A DNA stretch of 64,000 nt from Sedimentisphaerales bacterium. GTDB taxonomy: Bacteria > Planctomycetota > Phycisphaerae > Sedimentisphaerales > SM23-30. A program made the position numbers and the translations under genes. Below, piece by piece: positions 37,709 through 48,200 of the stretch (the first letter of the stretch is position 1; each line of letters starts with the position of its first letter). The notes under the pieces were generated by a model. That model ran no database searches, had not been told where the DNA came from, and saw nothing but the letters and a program-made list of their open reading frames with translations. Location: assembly GCA_963666285.1 (NCBI GenBank), contig OY762711.1. One strand, 5' to 3'.

Positions 37709-38404
37709 TTAAGTGGTCTTTTTCTTTCTGAACATTATCAGAGCACCGAGTCCGGCAATAGCAACAGTTGCAGGTTCCGGAATAGCACATTTTGAAGCGT
37801 CCATAAGAGTTGTGCTGAAATTGTCAAAGGCTAGTGTCTGGTCACTGTATTTGCTACCGGTAAAGACAAAAGCTATATAGCTATAATTTTGGGTTTGACT
37901 TTCTGAAAGATCAAACGAGCTGCCAAAAGTGTCCCATGTCATATTACCAGTACCGGCACTTGGGTATTCCTGGCTAATAATCGTAGAATAACCGTTCTTT
38001 TTGCCCCATATACCCTGATTGAGCATTACGTTCTGGTTATCAGTGAGCAGATAAACCTGACCGTAGTTGTACTGGTTGTTGTAATTGTTGTACAGGGTGT
38101 CAATTGACCAGGAATGCGAGCCAACCATACTATCATCCAATTCAAATGCAATCATAACAGAGTTAACAGAATTTGCAACTCTGCGTGAGTTTCCATTGGA
38201 TGATTCAGTAAGTATAGCTGAGCCATCATTGATAGTAAAGTCTGAACCGTACCATTGACCTGTGCTATCAGATCCGGCGGTCCATTTGTTCGTATCAGTA
38301 ATAGAAACACCGCTGTCAAATTCCAGCAGCCCAGCATTAGCTAAGCTACAAAAAGTCATTACGAAAGTTGCGATTGCAAGAGACAAAACGCGATTTTTTG
38401 GCAT
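37709..38404 (-). CDS. PEP-CTERM sorting domain protein
   Basis: Signal peptide; C-terminal IPEPATVAIAGLGALIMFRKKK. Confidence 0.85.
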   Translation of the reverse strand: MPKNRVLSLAIATFVMTFCSLANAGLLEFDSGVSITDTNKWTAGSDSTGQWYGSDFTINDGSAILTESSNGNSRRVANSVNSVMIAFELDDSMVGSHSWSIDTLYNNYNNQYNYGQVYLLTDNQNVMLNQGIWGKKNGYSTIISQEYPSAGTGNMTWDTFGSSFDLSESQTQNYSYIAFVFTGSKYSDQTLAFDNFSTTLMDASKCAIPEPATVAIAGLGALIMFRKKKTT

Positions 38405-38590
38405 ATATTCTTCTCCTTATACAAAACAATATTTCCCGATCAATTATCATGCCGGGGTTAAATCACTTAGTGAAAGGTACTATTTAAATAAATCAGCGGC
38501 AAGCCTGAATGTAATTTGTTTGTATAAAAACGATTAAATGAAACACTTATTATCGTTACCGGTAGTAATAAAGTATCTAAGTTACCAATC

Positions 38591-38755
38591 ATTACTTTTT
38601 ATAACAGCCTGATTATTCAGTGTCAGAGGTATTAGTTATTGGGTATCAGGTAAGGATTGTCGCAAAGCGGCATACTATTATAAGTTTAAATATAACGAAT
38701 TTATTTACAATGTGTTAGGGTTAAAACAAAGTTTAAAATCGTTCACTTCGAGTAA
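38591..38755 (+). repeat. ~160-bp dispersed element, copy 3
   Basis: GAGGTATTAGTTATTGGGTATCAGGTAAGGATTGTCGCAAAGCGGCA ... AAATCGTTCACTTCGAGT aligns with the other two copies. Confidence 0.7.
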
Positions 38756-38820
38756 GTAATTATAAGTTTGGGTTGTATTGAATTTGACAATTATAACGAT
38801 TATGATGGTGGTGGAATGTA

Positions 38821-38873
38821 AAAGAGCGAAGACTCTGTTAGTCGCTCTTTTGGGAAAGGAGTATAAAAATGAG
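38821..38873 (-). terminator. Hairpin terminator of the second PEP-CTERM gene
   Basis: AAAGAGCGA...TCGCTCTTT stem; near-copy of 37625-37679. Confidence 0.55.
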
Positions 38874-38885
38874 AACTTAATGTTG

Positions 38886-39605
38886 TTAAGCATTATTTGA
38901 TTTTTTAACTGGGTGAGCTGTTTTTCTAAAGAGCAGCAGCAGGCCAAGTCCGGCGATAGCTACGGTAGCCGGTTCCGGAGTTTCGTATTCCAGGTTTTCG
39001 TATATGCCTGGTGAGAAGTTATCAAACATCATAACCTGGCTGGTGTGTTTACTGCCGGTAAAGGCAAATACTATGTAGTTGAAGGTGTCAACGTCATTCT
39101 GGCTAATATCATAGGTGCTGCCATAAGTGTTCCAGTTCAGGTTGTCTGAGCCAGGTAAAGCCTGTTGGCTGCTAATAAGGGAAGCTCCCAGGGGAGGCTT
39201 GTTCCATATGTCTTTGTTGAGTTTTAATATCTGGCCGATATTAAGCAGGAATACCTGTCCGTAGTTGTACTGGGTGTCATAGTCACTGAACAAAGAGTCG
39301 ATATGCCAGTTATGGGTGCCGATAAGGCCAGAGCTGAGTTCCAAGGCAAATAGAATAGAGTTGACACCTGTCCTGGCCAGCATTGATGTATTACCTAATG
39401 AAGTCTCAGTGAGTTCGGCATATCCGTCAGATGCCGTGAAATTAGAGCCGTACCATTGTTCTGTAAGGCCGGTTCCTGCTGTCCATTGGGAGGTATCTGT
39501 AATGACGGTACCGGGGTCAAAAGTGAATAATCCTGCTGAAATATTAGAAGTGATTGTTCCAATCAGGATAACGATAATCAGAATTGTGTGTTTTACGGTT
39601 GGCAT
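38886..39605 (-). CDS. PEP-CTERM protein, paralogue of 37709-38404
   Basis: Start MPTVKH after an AGGAG RBS; shared WTAG..QWYGS, QYNYGQV and FTGSK motifs; TPEPATVAIAGLG tail. Confidence 0.85.
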   Translation of the reverse strand: MPTVKHTILIIVILIGTITSNISAGLFTFDPGTVITDTSQWTAGTGLTEQWYGSNFTASDGYAELTETSLGNTSMLARTGVNSILFALELSSGLIGTHNWHIDSLFSDYDTQYNYGQVFLLNIGQILKLNKDIWNKPPLGASLISSQQALPGSDNLNWNTYGSTYDISQNDVDTFNYIVFAFTGSKHTSQVMMFDNFSPGIYENLEYETPEPATVAIAGLGLLLLFRKTAHPVKKSNNA

Positions 39606-39910
39606 AACTTCATCTCCTATATAAGGTGTTAGAAGAAAAACCTTACCTTTTCTACCAGAAAAATAATATTTAAATGGTAATTTGAGCAATGGAAAAATTG
39701 CAGGAAATTGGAAAGAGAACGGCAGGTTAAAAAAGTTAATGAGAATTGGTGTTATAAGTTTCCCAGTTTGTCAAAAATGGTGAAGATGTTCGGAAGTTCA
39801 TTTTCAGGTAAAATAGAAAAGGTTTGCTATTTGGGATTATCATAATAAAATAATTATATCCGGCAAGAGTATAGTCGGCAGGTGAAGATATAAGATTTTG
39901 GAGATAAAAA

Positions 39911-41299
39911 GTGTTTTCTGAAGAGGTATATAAATCACGTCGGCAAAAGCTGGCCGAGCAGATAGGCAGCGGGGTACTGGTTTTTCCCGGTAACGGCTGC
40001 AGTGCAATTAATTATAAAGGAAACTGCTACCGGTTCAGGCAGGATAGTACATTTTTGTATTATTTCGGGGTTGACTGGCCCGGTCTGGCCGGTATGATCG
40101 ATATCGATAATGATTCGCATATGATCTTTGGCGATGATCCAACGGTGGATGATACGGTCTGGACAGGTCCGGAGCCAACAATAGCCGAGAGGAGCGAGCA
40201 TAGTGGTATAAGCAGGACGGCACCGCTATATGAGCTGTCATCATATTCCAGGCAGGTATTGAGCAGCGGCAGGGCGATACATTTACTGCCGTTTTACCGG
40301 GACGAGCACAAGGTAAATGCTGCCCAGTGGCTGGGGGTTCCGACAGATGCGGTTGCAGATTTCATTTCGGTGGATTTTATAAAGGCAGTGGCAGGTCAGC
40401 GTAATATCAAGACCGAAGAAGAGATCGAGCAGATAGAGCTGGCTGTTGATTTAACCGGCAATATGCAGCTGGCAGCAATGGAGCTTACCGCAAACGGCAT
40501 ATTCGAGTTTGAGGTAGCGGCTGAGCTTGAAGCTGTTTTGACTTCTTACGGCAGTGCGATTTCGTTTCAGCCGATATTTTCAGTTCGGGGCGAGATTCTG
40601 CATAACCCATATTACAGGAACCAGATGTTTGATGGTCAGCTGGCATTATGTGATTGCGGGGCAGAGTCTCCGCTGCATTATGCGGGCGATATAACGCGTA
40701 CATTTCCGGTTAGCGGCAAGTTTACCGAGCAGCAGAAAGAAATATATTCTATAGTACTGAATTCGCAGTTGGATGCGATCGAGATGGTCAAGCCGGGAGC
40801 AGCGTTTCGCGAGATACATTTGCTGGCCTGTGAGAGGTTGGCGCATGGGCTAAAGTACCTGGGTTTAATGAAAGGTGATATTGTAGAGGCTGTTGCCAGG
40901 GGAGCACATGCATTGTTTTTCCCTTGCGGGCTTGGTCATATGATGGGTCTGGACGTGCATGATATGGAGGGTCTTGGCGAACATTATGTAGGTTACGGCG
41001 ATATACCGCGAAGTACCCAGTTTGGCCTGAAGTCGTTAAGGCTGGCGAAAGAACTTGAAGTTGGTAATGTTGTTACTGTAGAGCCTGGAGTATATTTCAT
41101 GCCTCATCTGATTGATAAATGGAAGAGTGAGAAGAAGTTTGAAGAATACATCTGTTATGAAAAGCTGGAAGACTATTATGATTTCGGCGGAGTACGGATA
41201 GAAGATGATGTACTTGTTACAGAGGGTGGAAACCGGATACTGGGAGCGTCAATACCAAAGACGATAAAGGAAGTAGAAGAGGCATGTGTAGCGGAATAG
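39911..41299 (+). CDS. pepP: Xaa-Pro aminopeptidase (aminopeptidase P, M24B)
   Basis: FRQDSTFLYYFG, YAGDITRTFP, GLGHMMGLDVHD, TVEPGVYF, GVRIEDD. Confidence 0.9.
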   Translation: MFSEEVYKSRRQKLAEQIGSGVLVFPGNGCSAINYKGNCYRFRQDSTFLYYFGVDWPGLAGMIDIDNDSHMIFGDDPTVDDTVWTGPEPTIAERSEHSGISRTAPLYELSSYSRQVLSSGRAIHLLPFYRDEHKVNAAQWLGVPTDAVADFISVDFIKAVAGQRNIKTEEEIEQIELAVDLTGNMQLAAMELTANGIFEFEVAAELEAVLTSYGSAISFQPIFSVRGEILHNPYYRNQMFDGQLALCDCGAESPLHYAGDITRTFPVSGKFTEQQKEIYSIVLNSQLDAIEMVKPGAAFREIHLLACERLAHGLKYLGLMKGDIVEAVARGAHALFFPCGLGHMMGLDVHDMEGLGEHYVGYGDIPRSTQFGLKSLRLAKELEVGNVVTVEPGVYFMPHLIDKWKSEKKFEEYICYEKLEDYYDFGGVRIEDDVLVTEGGNRILGASIPKTIKEVEEACVAE

Positions 41300-41335
41300 A
41301 AAGGATTACCGTTTTTTTTACGAAAGGGTATTGAA

Positions 41336-41608
41336 ATGAAGTATGGTAAGTTATTTCTGTTAGTGGTTAGTGTAGTGCTGATAGCAGGCTGCGGCGGTCG
41401 ATACCAGACATATAAGCTGATAGAAGGCGAGGTGTCGGAAGAACGTTTTGAAAATAATACTGCTCAGAACTCAACAGAAGAAGGCAAGCATGAGCATGAA
41501 ATGGAAGTTACCAGGTATGTACTGGTTGACAGGTTAACAGGCAAACTTTTCTACTTTAATGAACTTCAAGGTGAGATCAACATCTGCGATCCAAAGAGGA
41601 TGGAATAA
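41336..41608 (+). CDS. Small hypothetical lipoprotein
   Basis: Lipobox LIAG|C. Confidence 0.65.
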   Translation: MKYGKLFLLVVSVVLIAGCGGRYQTYKLIEGEVSEERFENNTAQNSTEEGKHEHEMEVTRYVLVDRLTGKLFYFNELQGEINICDPKRME

Positions 41609-41667
41609 AAATACCCGGTCGAAATCTTGCTACTATAACATAGAATTAAGGCCGGGTAAGTATTTTT
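41609..41667. terminator. Possible bidirectional terminator between convergent genes
   Basis: TACCCGGTC...GGCCGGGTA stem with A/T flanks. Confidence 0.4.
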
Positions 41668-41680
41668 ATATTATCGAATG

Positions 41681-42385
41681 TTAAAAAATCTTTCTTTTGA
41701 ATACTGTAATTGTACCAGTTCCCAAAGCTGCCAGGAGCATAGCACCCGGAGCAGGTACTACAGGCGTAGGACTGTTGCAGGTTTTGAAAAATGAGTCACT
41801 AAAATCATATTCATGTTTTGGGTCGTCAGATGGTATAATTGATTGAGCGTGGAATCCGATTTTCAATTTGGATTTTAGAAGTAGTTCGTTTATTTCATTT
41901 TTGATCTTAAATCCAATAGTGAAAAACTGACCTGAACTTAATCCTTTGAACTTATTGTTTTTACTGAGAATAGAGTAATCTGCCGATTTACTATCTTTTG
42001 TGTTGAATGCATAGTAGTCAGTTACGTCTTTTGAAAAGTTTTCATCATAATAGTCATTCCATTGCGGGGCAGACGGGTTGTCTGTGGAATAAAAAAGGAC
42101 TCCGTCAGAAGAGCCGCCGGAGATAAATTGAGCAGACTCAAAAAAATCAGAGCTATTGTCGAAAATAATCTCTGTTATTTTTGCATCGAAATCTCCGTCC
42201 GCGAAGTTGAATTTGGCATAAACCATATCTGAGCCGTCAGACTCAAAGTCAATGGAAAACTGGCCGGCCAGTTGCTGAGCAACGCCTGAATTGTTGTCAG
42301 AGCCGGCATCGAAACTAAAAGTGAAACCGGCATAAAGAGCGGTATTTGATATCAAAAATAGAGCTATAATTATATTTTTCTTCAT
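41681..42385 (-). CDS. PEP-CTERM-variant (VPAPGA) exported protein
   Basis: Signal peptide MKKNIIIALF; IGFHAQSI; VVPAPGAMLLAALGTGTITVFKRK tail. Confidence 0.8.
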   Translation of the reverse strand: MKKNIIIALFLISNTALYAGFTFSFDAGSDNNSGVAQQLAGQFSIDFESDGSDMVYAKFNFADGDFDAKITEIIFDNSSDFFESAQFISGGSSDGVLFYSTDNPSAPQWNDYYDENFSKDVTDYYAFNTKDSKSADYSILSKNNKFKGLSSGQFFTIGFKIKNEINELLLKSKLKIGFHAQSIIPSDDPKHEYDFSDSFFKTCNSPTPVVPAPGAMLLAALGTGTITVFKRKIF

Positions 42386-42679
42386 TTTCACACTACCTTT
42401 CTGGAATAAAACTTCCACGCAATTTGTCCCTCATAGCTGTGGAATTCTTCTTGTATATTCTTCTATGTCAATTATAGGGCTTGTTGTGTAAAATATTCAA
42501 TAATTCTTTAGAGGTTTGGTGTTATTTTTATGAGGTGTTAGAATTTTACATTTAAATGTATTTTTGAGCTATTTCTCGAAAGTACATTTAATTCAATGTG
42601 TTGCAGGAAAGCCCTTTAAGGAGATTTTGGCAACTCAATAGCAAAAAAGTTAACTATTATCTAAGCGATTTTTTGGGTA

Positions 42680-42708
42680 TTGGCAATAAACGGTAAAATG
42701 TGTATAAT
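42680..42708 (+). promoter_or_regulatory. sigma70 promoter of ettA
   Basis: TTGGCA-17 nt-TATAAT. Confidence 0.6.
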
Positions 42709-42808
42709 TAGCGGTTCGATTGAGGTGCTGAGAATATACTGTCAGGTAGACGATAATATAAGTGATTAGAAAATAGATATTTGAAAGAAAAATAGAACAG
42801 GAAAAATT

Positions 42809-44479
42809 ATGGCTCCGAAGTTTATATTTGAGATGAGTGATGTCAGTAAGCGATATACAGATAAAGAGATATTCAGCGGCATATCGCTATCATTTTTTTA
42901 TGGCGCGAAAATTGGAGTTATCGGTGAAAATGGTGCCGGTAAAAGTACACTGCTGAAGATAATGGCCGGTATTGATAAGGACCATGGCGGCGAGGCCAGG
43001 CTGGCTAATAATATGAAGCTGCGGTATGTGGCTCAGGAGCCGGAACTTGAGCTGGATAAGACAGTTAGGGAAAATCTGATGACAGGTATCAAGTCGATAA
43101 CTGATATGGTCGACAGGTTTAACGAGATTTCTGAGCTAATGGGTGACCCTGATCAGGCGGATAATATGGATAAGCTGCTGGATGAGATGGGTAATCTGCA
43201 GGATAAGATAGATGCCTGTGATGGTTGGGAATGCGAGCGAATGATCGATATTGTGGCAGATGCCCTGGTTCTGCCGGATGACAATATGAAGGTTGAGCTG
43301 CTAAGCGGTGGCGAGAGAAGGCGTATTGCGCTGGCGATAGCTTTGCTGGAAAAGCCTGACCTGCTGCTGCTGGATGAGCCAACTAACCATCTGGATGCGG
43401 AGACGGTGCAGTGGCTGGAAGAGGCACTCAGGGATTACCCTGGCACTGTTATAATTGTAACGCATGATAGATACTTTCTGGATAATATTACGAAATGGAT
43501 CCTGGAGCTGGAGAATGGCAGGGGAATACCGTTTGAGGGTAATTATTCAAGCTGGCTGAAGCAGAAGTCTGAAAGACTACGCCTGATCGAAAAGAAAGAG
43601 ACTCAGCGACAGCGAACACTGACCAGGGAACTGGAATGGATTAATACATCTGCCAAGGGCAGGAACCAGAAGAACCAGGCCAGGATTAACGCCTACGAGG
43701 AACTGGCATCTCATAATAAGATTGATGCCAAGAGTGATGTTGTAATCCAGATTCCAAGTGGTAAGAGGCTGGGTGAGGATGTGCTTACAGTTAGTGAAGT
43801 ATGCAAAGGTTATGACGGCAGGGTACTGCTGGATAAGTGTAGTTTTGAGCTGCCGAGAAGTGCTATTGTCGGCATTATAGGTCCGAATGGTACCGGAAAG
43901 ACAACGCTGTTTAAGATGATAACCGGGCAGGAAAAACCTGATAGTGGTAAGGTGCAGTTTGGTGATACTGTTGAGCTTGGCTATGTCGATCAACACAGAG
44001 ATGAGCTGGAAGGAGACAAGACCATCTTCCAGGAGATAACCGGGGGCGGCGACCATATCATGGTTGGTGGTGTCGAGGTTCCTTCGCGTGCATATGTGGC
44101 GAGGTTTAACTTCCGCGGCCCTCAACAGCAGAAAAAGGTTGGTACATGTTCCGGTGGAGAGCGTAACAGGATACACCTGGCAAAGATGCTTCGTGAAGGC
44201 GGCAATCTACTGCTGCTGGATGAACCGACAAATGACCTGGATGTGGATACTATGCGAGTACTGGAGCAGGCGATAATTGACTTTGAAGGCTGTGCGATGG
44301 TGATAAGCCATGACAGGTTCTTTTTGGACAGGATATGTACTCACCTGCTGATATTTGAAGGTGACGGCAAGGTACAGTGGTTCCAGGGTAACTTTACTGC
44401 GTGGGAAGATAAGCTCAAGGCCGAGAACCCGGATCGCATAGCGCACAGAAGAGGGAAGTATAAGCAGATCAAAATATAG
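42809..44479 (+). CDS. ettA: Energy-dependent translational throttle ABC-F protein
   Basis: ISLSFFYGAKIGVIGENGAGKSTLLKIMAG; two ABC domains; GIPFEGNYSSWL; RELEW linker. Confidence 0.92.
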   Translation: MAPKFIFEMSDVSKRYTDKEIFSGISLSFFYGAKIGVIGENGAGKSTLLKIMAGIDKDHGGEARLANNMKLRYVAQEPELELDKTVRENLMTGIKSITDMVDRFNEISELMGDPDQADNMDKLLDEMGNLQDKIDACDGWECERMIDIVADALVLPDDNMKVELLSGGERRRIALAIALLEKPDLLLLDEPTNHLDAETVQWLEEALRDYPGTVIIVTHDRYFLDNITKWILELENGRGIPFEGNYSSWLKQKSERLRLIEKKETQRQRTLTRELEWINTSAKGRNQKNQARINAYEELASHNKIDAKSDVVIQIPSGKRLGEDVLTVSEVCKGYDGRVLLDKCSFELPRSAIVGIIGPNGTGKTTLFKMITGQEKPDSGKVQFGDTVELGYVDQHRDELEGDKTIFQEITGGGDHIMVGGVEVPSRAYVARFNFRGPQQQKKVGTCSGGERNRIHLAKMLREGGNLLLLDEPTNDLDVDTMRVLEQAIIDFEGCAMVISHDRFFLDRICTHLLIFEGDGKVQWFQGNFTAWEDKLKAENPDRIAHRRGKYKQIKI

Positions 44480-44531
44480 ACATTAAGGATTTGGATAAAG
44501 GCATAAGGTAAGGAAATGGCTTATCAAAAGC

Positions 44532-44699
44532 TTAAGGCAACCTCAGAAAATTCATTTTGAGCGACTAGTTTTTCTTTTGCCTGCTGACATGCGTCATATA
44601 AAACAGTGAATATAGCCCAATATGCTCGATTTTATGTTCCTTGTCAGCAAAAAAATCTTAAACTATCGCATCAGAAGCAATTTCCAGAGGTCACCTTAA
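44532..44699. mobile_element. 168-bp palindromic MITE-like element
   Basis: Ends TTAAGGCAACCTCAGAAAATT and AATTTCCAGAGGTCACCTTAA (17/21 inverted match including TTAA); interior also pairs (TGCTGACA/TGTCAGCA). Confidence 0.75.
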
Positions 44700-44737
44700 T
44701 TTAATATTTGGATTGTTAATAGCAGGTTTGGAATATT

Positions 44738-45196
44738 ATGCCAAATGAGATAATAGTACGCAATGCCAATAGGTGTGATATTGGACTGCTGGTGCGGTTT
44801 AATCAGGCGATGGCGATTGAAACCGAAGATAAGCAGCTTGAAGTACAGGTATTGTCAGCAGGTATTAATGCCGTATTTGATGATACTGCTCGTGGTTTTT
44901 ATCTTGCCGCTGAAATTGGCGGTGTGGTTGTTGGATCGCTGTTGATTACATATGAATGGAGCGACTGGCGAAATGGTGTTTTCTGGTGGGTGCAGAGCGT
45001 GTATGTAGAGAAAGAGTATCGCAGGCGAGGCGTGTTTCGTGCGATGTATAAAGAGATCAGGCAGCGAGCGATTGAGACAGATGGAGTCTGCGGGTGCCGG
45101 TTGTATGTAGAGCGTGAGAACGTCAGGGCGCAGTCAACTTATCTTGAGCTTGGCTTTGAGCAAACGCCTTACATACTTTTCGAAGATGAGTTTTAA
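44738..45196 (+). CDS. GNAT family N-acetyltransferase
   Basis: TYEWSDWRNG, QSVYVEKEYRRRGVF, LYVERENVRAQSTY. Confidence 0.88.
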   Translation: MPNEIIVRNANRCDIGLLVRFNQAMAIETEDKQLEVQVLSAGINAVFDDTARGFYLAAEIGGVVVGSLLITYEWSDWRNGVFWWVQSVYVEKEYRRRGVFRAMYKEIRQRAIETDGVCGCRLYVERENVRAQSTYLELGFEQTPYILFEDEF

Positions 45197-45210
45197 GTAA
45201 AGTTTATAGT

Positions 45211-48200
45211 TTACTTGTTACGCAGGGTTTGGGTGATGTTGCTTGAGGCAGCGAACCTGGCAGCTAGACTGATGCAGGCGAAGGTAACAGCCAAGAAAAC
45301 AAAAAGAGTAAGTCCGCCATAGATAATAATATCGATCTTGCCGGAGGTACTGTTTAATCTGGTAATGAGTTTGGGCCATACGGCGTATGCGGCTGTAATT
45401 ACGGCAATGAAAGTGCCGGATGTGGCGGGAATCTGCCAGGTAACAAATATAAAAGATCGTATCTGTTCTGGTGTGAATCCAAGGGCCTGTAAAATAGCAT
45501 ATTCGCGTCTCTGGCTTTGAGTATTGCGAACGACGGTAAGGGCCAGTACTATACAGCCCATGACCATGCCCAGGCCGCCGAGCAGAGCGAAAAGAGACAT
45601 GTAGGTATTTTCTACTCGGTACAGTTCTGCGATAATATCGGTAGCAGGCCGTATTTCCGGGCCGTATTCTTCCAGTTGACCGGATAGAGATTCCAGCAGA
45701 GTTTTTGCCGGCTTGTCGGATTTTACCAGTATCAGGTCGTAACCATTGACTTTGGGGAAGAGCCGTTTGAAAGCAGTTTCGTCAATGATAAGCTTGCCCT
45801 GCAGGATAGAGCTTTGCAGTCCGGCAACGAGTCTGAACTGGTATGAATTACCATCCTGAGCCTTGATTTCCAGCAGGTCACCAACTTTTTTGTGCAGTGC
45901 CCACATGATAGTATTGTAATCGGTGACGGCAGGAATGATTTTGTCGTTTGGATTATCATCTTTCAGAATAGACCAGTCGCCAGGTGCATCTGGGATGGTG
46001 CTTGCGAAGGAGAAAGGTTTGTATTGGATGAGTTTGTTCAGATCGGCGGCTATAACGGAAGGCCGGCCGGGACGGTTAAGGTTGAGACAGCTGGCGTCAT
46101 CACCTGAATTGACACGGAACTGGAGTGCGGAAAAGGTTTGGTTTTCAGCGGGTTTGATCAGGTGCGAAATGGGTACTGAGCAGTTTATAGCCAGGTCAAA
46201 ACCTCCGGTAGGGCCGTAAGGTTTGTCAGCGTCTTTCAGCGGGTTATGATGGTTGAGGCCGACGGCAATGACCATAAATACCCCGCAGGCGATAGATATC
46301 GCAACGGTCAGGGAACTGGAAATATTGCGTCTGAGATTGTTTAGTATTATTGTGAGCTGAGTGACGGTGCTTTTTTTTGAGATAACACATATTGATGATA
46401 TGGCGTATCTGAAGAAAAGCAGGCCGGATACCAGGAGTATCGCACCGGAAGTGAAAAAGGACATAACATCCTTGTTCATTATAATCGGAACAGCGGCAGC
46501 GGTAATCAGCAGAGCGATAGCAAGATACTTTGAAATATAAGCTTTCGACTTGATTGTGTTGACGTTTTCAATATTAGCATTGAAAGCCTGTCTTATAGTG
46601 CGTTTGAGAAGTCCTTTAGTTTTTAGATATATAGCAATAATGACTACTATAGCGGTTGCCAAATATCCAGTAAGCAAAGTTTCCGGTTTAATGAAAAGGC
46701 TAAGTTTGAAACCCGCTATGGCCCCGGAGAAGTTATCGGCGAGACCAAGGTTAAGCAGATGTGCGTATGCTATGCCTAGTATTATGCCGGGCAGGCCGCC
46801 GAGCATGGCAATAATAGCGGATTCCGAGAAGATGAGTTTTTTGATTTTTTTGTGGGTGTAGCCGATAGATTTGAGTGATGCGATTTCAATATTTCGATTC
46901 TGGATATTTATCGCGAACAGCATTGCCGGCAGCAGCAGAGCCGAGGCGATAAGGAACATGCTGAGCGAGAGGAAAAGCCCTCCAAAATCGAGCGAGTTGT
47001 TTACCGCGAAATTTGCCTGATCGGCGAGTGTGATTATCTCTGGTTGGGCATGCTGTTTGAGCGAATCAGTGATCTTTATTTGGGTGGTGTCGTTGAGCGG
47101 CTGATCGGAGAAAAGTGCGGTAGCCAGGCCATAACGACTGGCAAAAAGTTTTTCTGCGAGCGAATAGCTGATGATGAGCTTTGGGGTCATTCGATAGTCA
47201 TCCCAATATTTTTCGTCAGCGTCAGTAATTTTATTGGTGTCAATAGGTACACCGGATTCCCATTCGGTACAGCTATCGGTTTCTGTCATGCCGGGTATCT
47301 CCGGCATGAGTTTTTCTGTTGGTGTAAGAGAATCAATTGGAACGATGGCTTTGATGGTTAGAGTTATGGAATCTTCTTTGAGCTCGTTGTTTTCGGCCGG
47401 CAGGAAGAATTTGATGTTTATTCTGTCCCCGGTTTTAGCTGAAATGGTATCAGCCAGCCATTGACTGACAATTGCCGAATTATCATCGATGGCTCCTGTG
47501 GTATCGGTGCCGGTGAAACAGTATGCGGCGGATTTATTGTTGGCCTGGTTGACGATATCATTGACCATGTAGCCGGTGAAGGGGCGCAGTTCCGGGTTGT
47601 CGGCAAGCAATTCGGCCTGAACCGCTTTGTTAATAAAAATATTGTCTGATTTAATGAAAGTATGATATTCATCTGTATTGATATTATAACCAAGGTCGGA
47701 AAGGGTAAGAGCCTGTTGCAGCGATTCAGTAGATTTTTTGTCACCGATCAGCAGCATATTGCGTGTATCGGCAGATTCGAGCTTCTGGGCGAGCTGGCTG
47801 GCGGGAACAAAGATATTGGCCGGCAGTTTCTGGTCTGCCTTAAGGCTGAAATTGCCAAATTCTTCAGCAGAGACGATATCTTTTACAGTTACCCTCCACA
47901 TAAGGTTATAATCCTGTCCGGAATAGAGTGCGAGTTCGGCTATCATATTGTCGTTAGCGAAACGCAGGATAAGGTCGCTGCCTGGCTTGGCATTCAACAG
48001 GCTTGCAAGCTGGGAGTTAATTACTGCTTCATTGCGGCCAAGGTCTTTAAATTTGTCAATTCCTGATGCAGTTGCCAGAGAGTTATCAATGCCAAGCATC
48101 TGGATATTGTTGGCACGTACCATTGATTCGGGGTTGATAGCCGCAGCAGTGGTCAGGTTAACGGCAGCTGTACGGCTGCCGGAAATGCGGTTTGGAATTT

